Source: Fimbriosthenelais zetlandica (taxonomy: Eukaryota). From it: a stretch of DNA of 64,000 nucleotides. This document shows, piece after piece, positions 47,801 through 62,400 of this stretch. The stretch is from assembly GCA_977030845.1 (NCBI GenBank), contig OZ365110.1, positions 52,452,001 through 52,516,000 of the forward strand. Direction: 5' to 3'. Made by a program: the position numbers and the translations under genes. The first letter of the stretch is position 1. Each line of letters opens with the position of its first letter. The notes beneath the pieces are model-generated. The model was not told where the DNA came from, made no database searches, and saw only the letters and a program-made list of their open reading frames with translations.

Positions 47801-50683
47801 TGAGACTACTTGTACTTGGATGAGTCTCAGATGAGATTCCTTAGCTTTCAGAAAATTTCTTTTTGCCGTCGTCTTCAGATCATCTTCAGATCAGAAATTC
47901 GTAATAGGGATCCACTATGTGCAAATGCGTCGTGAGTGTTTACGAATGTTGAGAATATTCAGGCATCTAATAAGCAATATCAAGCAATATTGAGGAAGTC
48001 TTGCAAATACTTGCGAATCGGGGGCGAATGTTTGCTTTAAAAAAAATCAAAAGATTCTACTATTGGATGTGACTGCTTGCGATTTCTTCCCAAGCATTTT
48101 CAAGCTACAAGAGAATGCATGCAAACGTTCGCATGAAGATAGCATGCTATTCGCAAGGCCGGGCTTGCAAATCAGTGGAGGAGCCTATGATATAATAAAC
48201 ATGTACACGGAATCTTTGATATCCTAGAATAAACGCCCTTTAATACTCAGTACGCCTGTTTCGTTTGCGTGTTTTCATCAACCATTTGGCTCCACTCTGG
48301 CAATGGTTGTATATCACAAAAGGTTTCTCAACTGGATGAAAGTTATTTTTGTCACGAGGGATGTACATGGAATTACCTAAAAGAGCTTTGAAGTGGTAGG
48401 ATACCATTCAATGATTACTGGCGTGGTGGTGAATGGGAGGTTTTTCTCTGAGGTGAGAAATGAGGTTTTATGCTGGTCAAAATGGATTCCCAGCAAAGGA
48501 GGACATTTTCGCTCGATCATGAAGCAGATTCATGGGCCATAACCCTCCCCTTTACAAATTAAGTTATTGGTCTATCAATGGTGGGATATCTGTATACTAA
48601 ATCACACTACTGTCTGCTAGAAGGGCAGAGAAGTCCTGAGCTAAGGTACAAGAAAGATATTTTAGAACCAAATAATTATATATCTACCGTTTTAGAATTC
48701 ATGTGATCAAAGACAACATGAACACCTAGTGACGTATCTTAAGCTAGTTTACTGGTAATGTTTTTAAAAGTATATAACATATACATCGATATCAGACATA
48801 TTGTTTGACATATCTGGCCATTATAATCCTAATAATAGGTTTTATTTTGACTAAATCCGTTGAACATACGACTAGGTTTATCATAGTACAGATTACACTT
48901 GACCTACTAAATATTTGCTGGGTGTTGGACAGATAAAGTTGAATGTATTGAATCACCTAAACATATATAAGCTATCCATGACGGGAGAAGGACAACCGTC
49001 AAGTGAGAGGTAGGTCGGTGCTACGATATCATTTTACTTCAATCTGGATTAAAATAACATGTAAGCCCTTATCAGGTACGGATTATTATTTTTGTACTAT
49101 TTTATAATTATGTTATGCGTGGCTTTTCGTGACAAAGTCAACTCTTAGCCATAGCCATAGAAAAATTGGTCACAATCTTTTTTTAAATGATATAGAGTGA
49201 ACAGGGAGCCAAGATTACGGCTAACCAAATTAGATTCTATACACGAAACCTCTCACACTCTGAGCCGAAGAGAGTAAAGCTGGAGAGTGTCATCATGTAG
49301 GAGTTCAGATTTATATGGTGGTCTATATAACTAGACGGAGTAAGGACTCTGCTTGGTCTTGGAATGGTCACTGGGCTGGTAAGATAAGACGGGACAATGG
49401 CCCAAAGCTGGGAAAGAGGGTGAGGCGGTGTGAAATAAGACAACAAGGTCTATAAAGAGAAAGCCTGATGGGCAGTTTAGAGTTGGGAAATGGAGGTAAT
49501 ACTCGACAAATTGTCTCTCCAATATGTGATGCTAAAACCAAACTTAGTGTCCACAAATATAGTGTCCTCTCTTGGGATCGTTTTGCCGTTCACAAAGTGA
49601 ACAATTTTGTGTTCTAGTGAGGTTAGCACAAATCAATCAGTTTTCATTTTATCTTGCTTTTATCGATTTTCCTAAGGGACTGATGTTCCAGGGCAAAGTG
49701 ATAGCAGGGTCAATAATCAGTCACCTATAGTCCTAAATGTGGGAAAGTTGTAGATACCTTAAAATATCATCATTGGCAAACCAAAAATGACAACGATTCC
49801 TGATACTTCAACATCAGTAATTTTAACTGACTTGAGACCATCATAATGAATCACTGCTCTTATCAGACGGATTCTCAGTACCAGTGGTGCCATTAATTGC
49901 TGAATTATAACTCCCACTGCTCCCTCACAGTGGGAGTATTAAATAGAAACATCACCCTCGCAAAGACGAGTCCCGGAATGCTCACTTATTATTAAAGTCT
50001 CAGGCTCCAGTTTGCAAAGTTCTTGGTGGAAAAATTGTGATCGCATGGGCGGCCAGAAATCATGTGACACCAAGGAATAGGAGCATTTTATATACGAAGT
50101 AGAAACCTTTGTGCTTGCCATTGTATACTATACATCAATCACAGACAAAGGGAGACATGCATGCCCTGGCAATGATGTTCCATTAGAAACGGAGCAATCT
50201 GTACCCACGAAACCCCAATTATCGCTTATCGTCTTAGACCCAAGAGTTCATTAACCAAACCATGAACTATCCGCTACCAGTAATGATTAAAAACCCAGAT
50301 CTTAGCGTTGACCTTTTGTTCACCTTTTTCCTTTCAAATGATGGAACAATCAATGCGGCAAGATTTTTATCAAAGGTGAATTATAAGGGGCAAGCCATGG
50401 AAAATATTTACTCCTCTTAAAACAAGACGGTATGCCAGATTAATAATGGTTACTTTAGTCTCATGGGAAAATAAAGCGATGTTCTCAATGATGGATTCAA
50501 CGAGTGGCCCGCATGCGATCCAAAGATAATAATTGGTTCAAATACTTGTAGAGAAATGTAATCGGTTTCAATGCAGACATGGAGTTATCAAACGTTTTGT
50601 AACAGTGTTTAGTAAGAAAGAATTTAATGGCACAGACAATAGTGATTGAATAAACTAGACAGAGGGGGAAGGAAAGTGTGTGT

Positions 50684-50706
50684 GGGGGGGGGGGGGGGGG
50701 GGGGGG
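50684..50706 (+). repeat. Poly-G tract (23 G)
   Basis: Read directly; another G16 run lies at 24692-24707. Confidence 0.9.
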
Positions 50707-53700
50707 AGAGAGAGAAAGCGGGAGACAGTAAGTAATTTCAAATTCAAAACCCGTACAGGCATGATGCTATCATAATACATAAATACCTGAATAGATGATC
50801 TTTGTCAGATCTAAGGACCTCACCTGGAAAAGAGAAAAAAGTAGTCAGGAACAGTGAGATAATAGATATGTATATAAGATCAACTGAACATAACCTAGAA
50901 CCTATATATAGGGTATACTTGCTCAAGTAATAAAGTAACAACTCTACCCAGATTTATAATGTGCCATAGTAACAGGACAATAAGAGTTGCTCACACTTAT
51001 TATGAATGAAGTTGGGCATGTTTTTAATTGAAAATGACTAATTAAGCTGATGAAAGTACCTATACCTAAAATAGAAATTAATATTAATCCCACCATAGAA
51101 GATTAGGCTCAGCCATCAATATAAGGGAATCCTGAAGATTAGTCTCCAAGATAGGGCTTTAAAAACTGCATTTAACCAGATGCATATAAGAATATGGTTT
51201 CACACAGAAGCTTAATTAATGTAATATAAATATCCTCTTTCCAATGGATTCGATGAGGATCATTGTTTCTCAAATTGCAGAATGTCTATAAACAAAGTCT
51301 GCTACATTGAACAATGCGTGACAAAGGTCTATACTATATACTTCTTTCTTCTTTTAGAAGTTTATTGAAGCTTGTAGCTATAAAATTCACACTGACCATT
51401 GCTACATCACTTTCCCACTCTCCTCTAACCTCCACCCCATGATTAAAGTAATTTCATCAACGTGTGGACAGAAAAAGGCCATTTCTTCTACACTTTGATC
51501 CAAGCTCTGGGGTCAAGGGAACTTTTTTTTGTGACTTAAGTTTATGTGCGTTTCGCTGTCAAGGTTAATCACAGGGCAGGAACTGGCCTCTCGCGCCAGA
51601 CGAGTTAGGACGAGATGTCAACGTCACTTCCGGGTGAGAACGCCACGTACATGGCTTCCACATTCTTGTCCTAATGGCAGGCTACAGGAACTAGGATCAA
51701 TCTAATCTAGCTTAAACCGGTTTCTAATCGAAAGTGTAATGGCAACAGCGGCAGTATCTTTTTTGTGTTAACAGTCCCTCCCGAGGAAGAATAGGTGACA
51801 ATTTAAAGCAGTGTTGTACCGTGCAGCTGATGCCCCATTTAGAATTAATGTCTTGTCGATAGTTGGCCAATTATTTAACCAATAGCTACACCCCAAATGC
51901 CGATATTTTCACCTATATACTAGACAAGCTAATCATGACCCCCTCCCCCTTAGCCTACTCACAAAAACTAATATGTTAATTGTCAATACAGCCAATGCGC
52001 TATTTAAAACATTACAACAATATCTAAAACTGTCACTATGCCAGTTTTAAATATGAACCAGGCCTGATTCAAATACGTTTCATGAGTTGTGATATTTCTT
52101 TCCCATTTAACCATGAAATGTTTTTTTTTCAAAACAAAGAACCTGATTTAAGCTTCACACAGACAAATTAGGAAGAGACAGATTCTCAGTCCAATGCCTT
52201 TTACATTATTGTTCCATCTGATGTGAAAGTCCAGACGCCTCCCCGCCAGAGATTTCTTCTCACGCCACCACGGGCCTCTCTGATCCACCTCTCTACTCTT
52301 TCCCCGCCAAAATATTTTCCCATGATTATAGAAGACGAAAACAATTGAACAGAACTGAATTTCGTTTGCCCTCTTTTCCTGGTGAAATATTAGCCCAGGT
52401 TAGAAGACAAAAACAATTCAATGACCCAATAGAAGGTAGAGACATGATAAAAACTTTGCAACTTCAGTGGATGCAATTCTTAGGATGTTTACCATGAAAA
52501 TGACGATTGTTCCTCATGTTTCCTCATGAAATTTCTGCACATAATAAGGGGTTATTTTACTAACACAGTGCAATGAAGGGAAAAGTGAGATAACCGTAGA
52601 CAATTAAGCCTAAAAAAATCACATCATTGGGGTTTCCAATGCGTGTATACCTCCACCTACCACCAAACACAGCATTGAGCAAGTATTCCAGGCAGAGCGG
52701 GGCAGAGCAGGGCAGACCACAGACTGTGTAATTTCCAAACCAAGATATACTACCTTAATCTCTACACCTGACATTTATTGCAATTGTTGGGATTTCTGCC
52801 CAGATTACTCTTCACAAAATCACATCTGCCCGACTCCAGGTGAGAGATGGGCGCCAAATGAGCAGAGAGAAAAAGAAATATAGATGTGATCTATACACGG
52901 GGTACCCCAGAGTGCCAGGCAAATGCAATAAAATGGTGAAAAGTCATCAATTTAAATCAGTTGAATCTCTTTGCCATCTCCGAGTCACCTACGTTTGTGG
53001 TGCTTTGTCGTTGTTTAATGCAGCAGTATATGCCTGGTGGGACGTCGTTTGCTACCCCAGGGCTAGGGGTAATATTTACTGGGAAATTTATTTCCGTTTT
53101 GTGGTACCTTTTCTTTTGAAGATCCTGAGTGCCAATGACAGGTCCAAGGCAGTTACTTGGGATGGTGATAACTCCTGGGTTGTAACTTGTATACCAAATG
53201 TATCAAATTACACGTGTTGGAAAAGAAAGAATCCTTCTGAAACTTCTAAAATAAAATAATACCCACTTTGATTATGATTGATTGGTTTTTAGAAAGCAAT
53301 TTGTATCTTTAATCTGGTATTGCATCCCATTTTTCTATTCAGGGGACTTTCTGACCTTTGAAAGTAATTCACTTCTTCACGGAATGTAAATCCATCGCTT
53401 TGAACTTGACCTCTTAACTTAAGATACTGATCTGTTCGCACCACTTACTTGTCATATTCTAGACAAAAACAACCAATGTTTATTTAATTAAACAAATTTA
53501 AACAAACTCATCTTAGATCATACTAGCAGCTTCACTAACATAACGTATACCTAGCAACTTGGGAACTGATATTTGTACTCCCTGCCCGGGGCTAAAATGT
53601 TTTAAAGGCCATCAAGAGGGGTTTTATAGGATCAATCAGCGGGATGTCTATATCAGTGACAGCACTAATTCTAAGCAAGCCCAATGAATATCAATGATAT

Positions 53701-53911
53701 GTGAGCTTCTGATAAATAACTCACTATAACTCCTCAGCCCCCGACCGACAAATGACCAATTTGAGAACATGAACGCTAGGGGAGAAAAATTCTTGTCATC
53801 TCTGGTTAGGTTGAGGCGTTGATCACTGAATCTCTGAGCATACCATGAGCAGCTCCGGTAGGCCAGGGAAAAGCTTGACTTTCTGCTCATGTGCCTAACG
53901 CAGCTGAAAAA

Positions 53912-54161
53912 GTGAATCAGCTCAGTTGGTTAGAGCGCCAGCTCACACAGGGTGGTTGACCAATGATCGAATGGCCGGCGGTTCAATCCCCCGAGCTGTC
54001 CAAGGCATTTCCAATGCCTCCCTCCTCACAGTTGTACATATTCATGTTCTAGAGCACATGCACCTAGAAATATCCATTGCACAGAAGGCAATGTAGTAAT
54101 GCACTTAGAAAGAGCCCCCAGCTGAAAATCATACGAGAAACTTGTGTAATCAAGAGTGTGA
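53912..54161 (+). mobile_element. tRNA-derived SINE-like element (Pol III A and B boxes plus body)
   Basis: AGCTCAGTTGGTTAGAGCG at 53919-53937 and GGTTCAATCC at 53980-53989; 54031-54161 recurs inverted at 58638-58764. Confidence 0.6.
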
Positions 54162-57035
54162 AGAAAATATGCTTCATCGGCTTTTTAAGCATGTGGAGGT
54201 CAAGTTTAACAAAACGTCTGTAGTGTTAAAATGGTATGCTTTTGTTTAGATTTAGTCCAGTCAGAGACTGAAAAAGCCATTTCCCAATGGAAAGACGGGG
54301 AGCAATGTGTTGCCTTGGCCTATGTACCACCCCGAGGATAAGCCATCTCAACTGCTCATATCTGTTCATAATTCACCTTACACATCTGGCCAATGTGGAG
54401 CCAACTCTTCCCCAACTCAACTAATAATGTACCATGTAAATGCTATTTATTCTATTTATTAACCTTCACAGTTGCCTTATGTTCATTTTATGCTTTCTTA
54501 GGTTTTATGTCATTTGATTGCATATTTATGACAAATGGTTTAAAGTCTAAAGTATTGAACAAATTTTAACATTTCGAATTCACATTATTTCTAATTCATA
54601 TTTAATTTGACATTTAAAATTTCATGGCCTTTCTTACAAATTAATAGGACTGTATAATATGACATTTAGTTGTTCAGTTGGGAGGAACAGGACAAATGTT
54701 AATACTGCAAGAATTATTTAGTCGAGCAGTATTGTATTGACAAAGGGCGTATCTTCCAAGTTCCTGATTGATTGATAAGGAATGTAAGAGCGTGAATTTT
54801 GGAAAGAGAAAAAGGGGAGAGGGGTACGGGAGGGAAAAACGAGAAAGAGAGGGAAGAAAGGAGGGAGAGATGGGTCGAAAGGAGAGGGGAGTGACATTGG
54901 GAGGGGGTATAGTATAAGAACTGAGTAGATGAAAGTGACATACATCTTCACCCTCCACACATCCTCCATGGTACAGGACTGTGTGTACAAGTAATGGTTA
55001 TTAGGATGCTCCCCCTCTACATAATGTCAACCTGGTATATGTTTCACTCCACAGATCACAAATTATACTTAAAATACACACCAAGCGGTATAGGTTAACC
55101 CTAAGTTAACCCAGACATAATTCTCACTTACTGAAATTGGTAATCTATTGTCCTGAAGCCTATTTTATTGTCTAATCTTTGTACCATCGCTAAAATACGC
55201 CCTATTTATTCGAACATTTATTTAAACACTTCATGCGAACAACTCCATTGTTAAAGGAAACGTGAAAAATAAATTTATGAAAAAATAGAATTTTATACCA
55301 AGTTTTATATAATTTAAATCCTTATTTTCTGGTGGTTAACTTGCTGTAGATATCTATAATGATAACAAATGAGATTAGGCTTAACTAATGGGCGACACTT
55401 CGACCAGGGATGGTTGATTGGATCACGCAGCTGGTGGAAGTAGGCCAGCAATAATAGCGATAAGAAAAGCATAATCAGTGATTGCTTATCACACTCAATA
55501 TAATATACATGAATTATGATGCTTCTAGCTCGAAATACAAACACAAGACATGCCTCCAAACATGACCTTTACAACAGTTAGACAATATAACTGACTATCA
55601 CCTTAGAGTAAAATTTTACTCTGAGCTATCACCCAGGTTTTAAAGGGGATTTTAGGCCTAATGTAATAAATTATCAAGTGTTGATGCTTTTCATAACTTC
55701 ACAATTTGGAATTAAAGAAAGAACCCGAGGCTATCAAATAATTTTAAATTAACAATTTTAGGAAATTAATTTGGAAATTATTGTCTACAAATTCTGCTAC
55801 ATAATATTCATGAGGTTCTCAAGAGAAACCCTTCACATGCACTATGTCAATCCGGGCGAGAATACTAAAAACCTAGGATAAAATGAAAAGCCCTCTGCTC
55901 CTTGTTTGAATGTTGCAACGTGTGAGTTTATTTATAACTATTGATGGGAAAGACAAAGTGATGCTACATAACGGGTTCTTAAGGGTTAGAACCCTGCTGG
56001 AGAATTAAACCATCTGGCTTCGACTGAGGAAAGCATTGTGTAAGCCACTTAGTCATGGCCTTTCAGACAGGCTTCTAATTGATGCATCCCAACGTTAATG
56101 AAAACATCACTCGGGTAAAGCCTTTGTTGCTTCTATAGAAACGACCAGCAATTTATGATTTTGTACTTTGGGTTTTTTTTTTAATAAACTCAGGAGTTCT
56201 TTGTGCCAGGTCTACAAGCGAAAAAACACTAGAGCTCATTATGCAATCGCCTGGATTCGCCATGCAGCATTTTCTGCGATGGTACTGTTGTTTTCTGGTG
56301 CTGCCACATTAAAATGATATCATATGATCCAATTCAGTTCAGTTCAGACAATCCCATTGTGTCGCTTTTAGAAGCTCTGAGGATAGAAATGGAAACATGG
56401 CAGGCATACTGTGCACCTCAATGATCATCTTAATTTCCAACTTTGTGAGCCACTTTCTTTCCATTTGAATGATTTACTGGATCCTGCTGCACATAAATGT
56501 AACAACTACACAAACTGCTGCATGAAGCACATCTATCTTATCAGGCGCGTATTGGAGGTAAAAGCCAGTAAAAAGGGTGTCACTTACAAAGCCGCATAAC
56601 GTGAAACAATGCATTATCCTTTATCTCTCATAAATTCTACTTTTTATTTGAAAAAAAAAGTCTTTCAAGCCAACATTATCGTTATAAACTATTCATTAAA
56701 AAGGTAATGAGTTATAGCTTGCTAACTTTGTTAGGTTTACCATCTAATGTTATTATTATAAAATGCCTATTCGTTAGGTTTGCATAAATGATGAAGTGTG
56801 TTTTTACGGCTTCTTAATTTCCTCAGATTTATGGGCCAACATCCATCAGCAGTATCCGGCGTAGCTGTAGGCTTACAAAAAATTCATCTAAATCAAAATA
56901 AGCCATGCTGTAAATTTCAGAAGGGACAACTCGGCCAAATTGGCAAACACTATGCAGAATGTAGAACATCTGCACAGCAAATTGGGCTAAAATGATTTTT
57001 ACAAAGCATACATGTATTATATGTTGGCCATATTA

Positions 57036-57267
57036 TCCAGCCGTTGTACAATAAAATCGCCGATGGTGAGGGATCGGCGAGGGTGCCCTCGCGGTGCGAT
57101 TAAATTTGTGAAGTGCTGTTTTTTACTAAAAAGTGCTTGGATAACTGCTTGTTAATGCATTGTCCAAGCACTGTTTTCTCAAAAACAATGCTTGGACAAT
57201 GCAATTGCTCCGCGAGGGTACCCTCGCCGATTCCTCGCCATCGACGATTTTATTGTACAACAGGGGG
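57036..57267. mobile_element. MITE family B copy 2
   Basis: Near-identical to 23909-24141; TA on both flanks. Confidence 0.85.
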
Positions 57268-58604
57268 TATAACCCACCACGTACTTTTGCGTCGGGTATA
57301 TAACTGGTTAGTAATGAGAGTTAAATATCCATAATATCAGTTAGTACATAGTTAAATAGCATCTGTTAACTAGTTTGCACTTTAAGTTCCAAGAAAGATA
57401 AATACACACCACAAAAGCATCACACGTTAAAACTATACATAATAATAACCTATACTGTGAGCTACGATCCTCACACCCCTTTATAAATTATAGCTTTGGA
57501 TATGTCATCATTTTTCACAACCCTTCCAGCTACAAAACATTCAATTTGACACTCACTCAATTTGACATGTACATCAGAGATGCTGGCAGAAAGAGGATTA
57601 AAAACCTCAGTGGAATTGATTTATTGTTGTCTATCGATGACCTCAGGTATTTAGAGGGCATTAATATTACATTAAGGGATAGCGCTTAAATGCCTAGAGG
57701 CAAATTCCAAGGTTGCCCATAAAGTATTGCGTAAGCCCTGATATGAATAACATACTAATCTTAACAGACATGATTAACTGGTTCCTATTCATATGGCCAG
57801 GGATGGAATAGCCCCTAGGAAGACCGTTGATGGCTTGACTAATACATCCAACGCCCGACTTATCACTTATTCATGGGCGTTTCAACAGAAGTATAGACAT
57901 GCACTATTTTTGGATTTATTTTATATTTCTATACTAAATTGTGGTCAATATTTTCACTATTTCATTATATAAATATAGATCACCCTTCAATTTATTTCCC
58001 ATCTAAAATCTTGCATTGTCCCTCTATGTTTTGCTCAAATGTTATACTCTCATTTTTTGGTTAATTTATCTGTTTTACCCCTATTTTCACCTGTACCTGT
58101 GAAACGTGAGCAAGTCTAGTGAAGGTATTGCATCAGTAGTGGGGTTAGCAAGGATCGTGATTGCCTACCATTAACATAGACTACCGCCAGTTGGGGAGGC
58201 CGACTCTTAAGGCAGGCAGGTTGATGGTCGTTTCATGACATTTAATGGCTGGAGGGAGAAAAGGCATTTATTTTTCTAAAGACCAACTTGAAGTCCCTCA
58301 CACACAAAATTTGAATAGGGAGTAACTGGAGGGGTTCTGTTTGGAATGGACATGAGTTACTTTACATGATTGGTGGTTGCATGAAACTATTAACAATTTA
58401 TAGCCGACTTCCCGGCCGCTTGATTTGTGGCTTTCGAAAAGTAGAGGGACATCTATTGGAGCTGTTACCACAGAGCTGCTAATGTGAAAAGTTTAAAAGC
58501 AACATGCAGTGGGCAGAGGAGTTCCATTTTGAACGTCCATAACTTCATGAGTACTCCCACCAAATATGTGTTAAACAGCTCTCGCAGGATTGTCGCTTTA
58601 AAGA

Positions 58605-58764
58605 TTTTTTTTTTTTTAGTTAGAATTTGTATAGAGCTCACACTCTCGATTACTCAAGTTTCTCGTATGATTTTCAGCTGGGGGCTCTTTCTATGTGCAT
58701 TACTACATTGCCTTCTGTGCAATGGATATTTCTAGGTGCATGTGCTCTAGAACATATGTACAAC
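58605..58764 (-). mobile_element. 3' end of a poly(A)-tailed retroposon
   Basis: Reverse complement of 54031-54161 plus gctctatacaaattctaac and A13 on -; the same tail end occurs at 3400-3431. Confidence 0.65.
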
Positions 58765-59330
58765 AGTTCAAATCAAGAATATCTAATCCTGAATCATTCA
58801 GAAAAATCGTAATTAAAATACTCCTGCTTTGACGTGCTTTTCTCCAATCTCTGATAATTTGAAGAAAGCTAGGCCTACTACTAGGATCAGCAGAGAGGCT
58901 GAGAACGTGACTAATATCCCCGAGCAACCAGGATTGCTTTATTTTAATAAATAGTCCTTTCTATAATCTTTTGTCATGAATGAAGAATGTATAGGTAATT
59001 CGAGGGCCCATGAACGTGACAGACTGAGGAGAATGTGCCTTTGTCTCTGTTAACATTGGTTTGTACATCAGTACATCAGAGACGTCTTGTCATACTTAAA
59101 CCAGCTTTCACCTCTAAGTGGCACAGCCTATATGTACATTATGGATATTTATACTACAGATAAGGGCATCAGTATAGCCGCCCGACACAGGTAATTTTCT
59201 TTGTGATAAAAATATCTTCAATTTCTGAATGATTTTGATGAGGCAGAATTCTGCTTGAGTGGAGAGCGATAACATTTCTGAACGCATATCACTAAGATGA
59301 TAACTATTAGATGAATTTCAATCCAAGGAT

Positions 59331-59400
59331 TGCGGGATATTAATGAAAAACGTCCAGTCATCTAATGTGGGATATTAATGAAAAACGTCCAGTAATCTAA
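59331..59400 (+). repeat. 35-bp tandem duplication
   Basis: tgcgggatattaatgaaaaacgtccagtcatctaa x2 with 2 mismatches. Confidence 0.9.
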
Positions 59401-62400
59401 TCTACAGAAACTTAAACAAAATGTTCAGGAAAAAATGGTAAAAAAACAAATCCCATATATGAATAATTCAGCTTATTTCACATGTACCCTGTAAATGACG
59501 ATGATTTCGAAGGATTTAACACACCTTAAATTCCTTCAGAGAAACACAGATAAGTGATGTTCTACGTTCCTTACACACGTTTTCAAGAAACGGTACTTAT
59601 CTCTGCATGGTTCATCCCAGAGTAGGCCTGCCACATGGCCCAGATTCCATGATTCCACTCTCTACCAATGGATCCAATCATGATAATTTATATAGGTCTG
59701 AAAGATATTATGGCCCATATATTCTGTTGGTTTAACCTTTGAAACTAAATATTCCTCTAGAAAGGACCAGGGATTATTAGTTCAGGATGTTCCACTATTC
59801 TATGAGTCTAACAGGCGCAACCTGACTGGTGTTGAGTAAATGAATAAATTAGCTTTAGGCGTGATGAGTAAATCCAGCCATCTACTGTGAGCTCAGGCAT
59901 ACAGTTTGTGATTTGTCCGCTCCTCGTGGCAGAGGTTCGCAAAGGTTCACCATCTCGTCAATAGCATCGCCCAAGTATATGGTCCCAACAAGTGCTTCAG
60001 CTTGGCAAATAGCATAAATTATCACCAGAAGCATATTTTATTTCTTTTGTATGTCCATGAAAATACTATAAAAAGTACTGGGTTTGTATGGGGAAGTTAG
60101 TGCAGCTTGCAGAGGGGTGTGCTCTGTCAAATATGCCCTGTCAGGTTTATATTGAGAAAGGAAAGGAAGGATTCTATATACTAGTATCAGGAAAGTCATC
60201 CATTTTACCATGTCTTCTTACATATTATGAAATGTTGTACATGTGTATTGGCAGATGGTGATGCCCGTAATGGACAGGCTTTTATGGTGGAACTGTTACA
60301 ACTATCACAAGAATGACAGTGATCCGTCAGCACTTCTGCTCTATAGAGCGAGGGATTCACTTTCGAGTCTTGGATTGTAAAGAAAGCTATTAGTGTAATG
60401 TACTGAATAAATACAGTATCACTGGCGTCCCCCAAAAAATGTATCAAATTTGTTTATACCATATTGCATGATATATCTTGAAAGCTTTGTAAAAGCACAA
60501 GGACAACTTTCTCCTTGACTATATTGGTTTATAGAAATAAATAATGGATATTGGATATTTTGGTCATATTTTCCGTCGAGGTGTATACCATGCAATAGTA
60601 GTTTTAGGCAGAGGTATACACTTTACACAAGACGTGGTGAATAATAGTAAACTGGAGACCATACACAGCTGGGGTTCATTTTAAATAGGATGATCCTACC
60701 ACTCTATAAATCAGTCACCTGTCACCGGCCAAACATCTGGACACGGTTCCAGTTCGCCATTCCACCACTGATTCTGACTAAACTTTTAATGGTTTGTTTG
60801 GGGAGTAGGAAACAGGTCATAGACATCCTGAGAAAAAAGTAGTCAGTAAAAGAAGGCATGAATGCTTGGTTTGTTTAAGCCGTTGCTAGGAAGTAAAGCT
60901 GCAAGTCTTTTCCTTCCTGATGAAAATTTGACTAATTGGCTCGAATTTACAACCCATGCTTTGAGAATTGCCTTACAACAGAATACAAATCAATGGGATC
61001 ATGTCAGCCATTGCCCCAAAACCCACCGGGATGTACAAGCAGATAAAATAGCAGTCTATTGTTTGTTAGTGGATAATTACAAATATAATACTGTAAGCAT
61101 ATAACATGTTCGAGCAATTATAAAATCTGCCCATTGGTTTGCGTTTAAACGAGACGATCACTGATACATTGTTAATGACAGGCTTCTATTGTGAGGCCTT
61201 ACATTTTTTACCCCGACATTGATTCTCTAATATAGCTACAGCCATTTATTTAACATGCGACTGACAAGATCAAAGCGCTTCACTTGAATGAACGCCAAGG
61301 CAATTAATTTAAAACTCTGCCAGGACAATTAAGGCTACATAGACGAGGCGACTGTACTGAATTCATTCTGCCCACAGTTATAATGCAGACTTATATATAA
61401 TATGCAGTGCATTTCATTTCCAGATCCTATATGACTTTATACATATAGAAACTGATATATTACCTACTTCGAATATTCTTAATAGCTTATAGAGCGCTTG
61501 TATGAATAAAATTTAAACAATGCGTCTACACCAAGAATGACCAGAGAGTGGATGGCTTCCAATTCAAGACAGTCTGAATCCTGGCTTCTGTAGGGTACGA
61601 AAGTATGAGTGTATCTAAGTTTCCTGACAGGATTCAACCTGTAGAGAACTGCGAACAATCGGCTGGGTATATGAGCCTGAAATCTGTGGGCGGAGATATT
61701 TGAGTCTCCTAGCATCACAGTCGGTTTCATATTATTATTATTATAAGCATCACATGATTGAACCTACTGAGGCAATCAGGGTACGAGGATCTAGCATGTC
61801 ATAATTATAGACATCACGTTTGGTGGGGGTGAACATTTTTATTTCCTCTACAAACATTGATCTCCCAGCTTTTACTCGAAATCTTTTTACTCAAAAGGTT
61901 TGGATTCATTTTTCAGTCGGTATTTCAGTCAAATGTTTCCTGGCTATTTGATCTGGTGATGAAAGCGATGCCGTTTAAAGTTGTACGAGGCATGAGCTTC
62001 ACAAGTGCACGTGGATCACACTCTCCTACCAAGCCCAGCAGATAAGTGTCCATATTTCCCAAAAGGTAGCTACCTCTCCTCTCCTTCGCCTGCCCATCTC
62101 TCAAGCTCTGTATCCAGCTTTGGAGGTGGGATATCCAGGCCAGGATTCGGGTTGTTTAAAGACTTACGAGCCCCACATGTTCTCTTCTGGGCGATAATGG
62201 GTGGATTTATAGTAAGGCGCTGCCAGAACGTATTCCAGCTACCACAGACTGGATAACATTTCATGATAAAACATGTCCTGTGATCTAGATCTACATATAT
62301 TGCTATTTGAAGGCAAAAATAAAGAATGGAATGCGAGGTCAATCTGTGAATCACGTTTCTGCTGGATAATGTTTCTACCCCGTGAGTAAAATAACCTAAA

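Noticed and set aside
52840-53259. 139-aa plus-strand ORF
   Set aside because: No motif, no supporting neighbouring exons, and a GTG start; compatible with chance.
53912-54000. Functional tRNA gene
   Set aside because: A and B boxes are present but I could not form an acceptor stem or a clean anticodon arm; it continues into a dispersed repeat.
54031-58764. 4.7-kb DNA transposon bounded by ~130-bp TIRs
   Set aside because: There is no TSD and no transposase ORF inside, and the right copy extends into a poly(A) tail, so these are two retroposon copies.
62070-62354. Minus-strand ORF with PG..PPPKLD resembling the missing upstream SAC2 exon
   Set aside because: It lacks the preceding RGS.PVFWSQ motif, the spacing is wrong, and there is no matching phase-1 donor.
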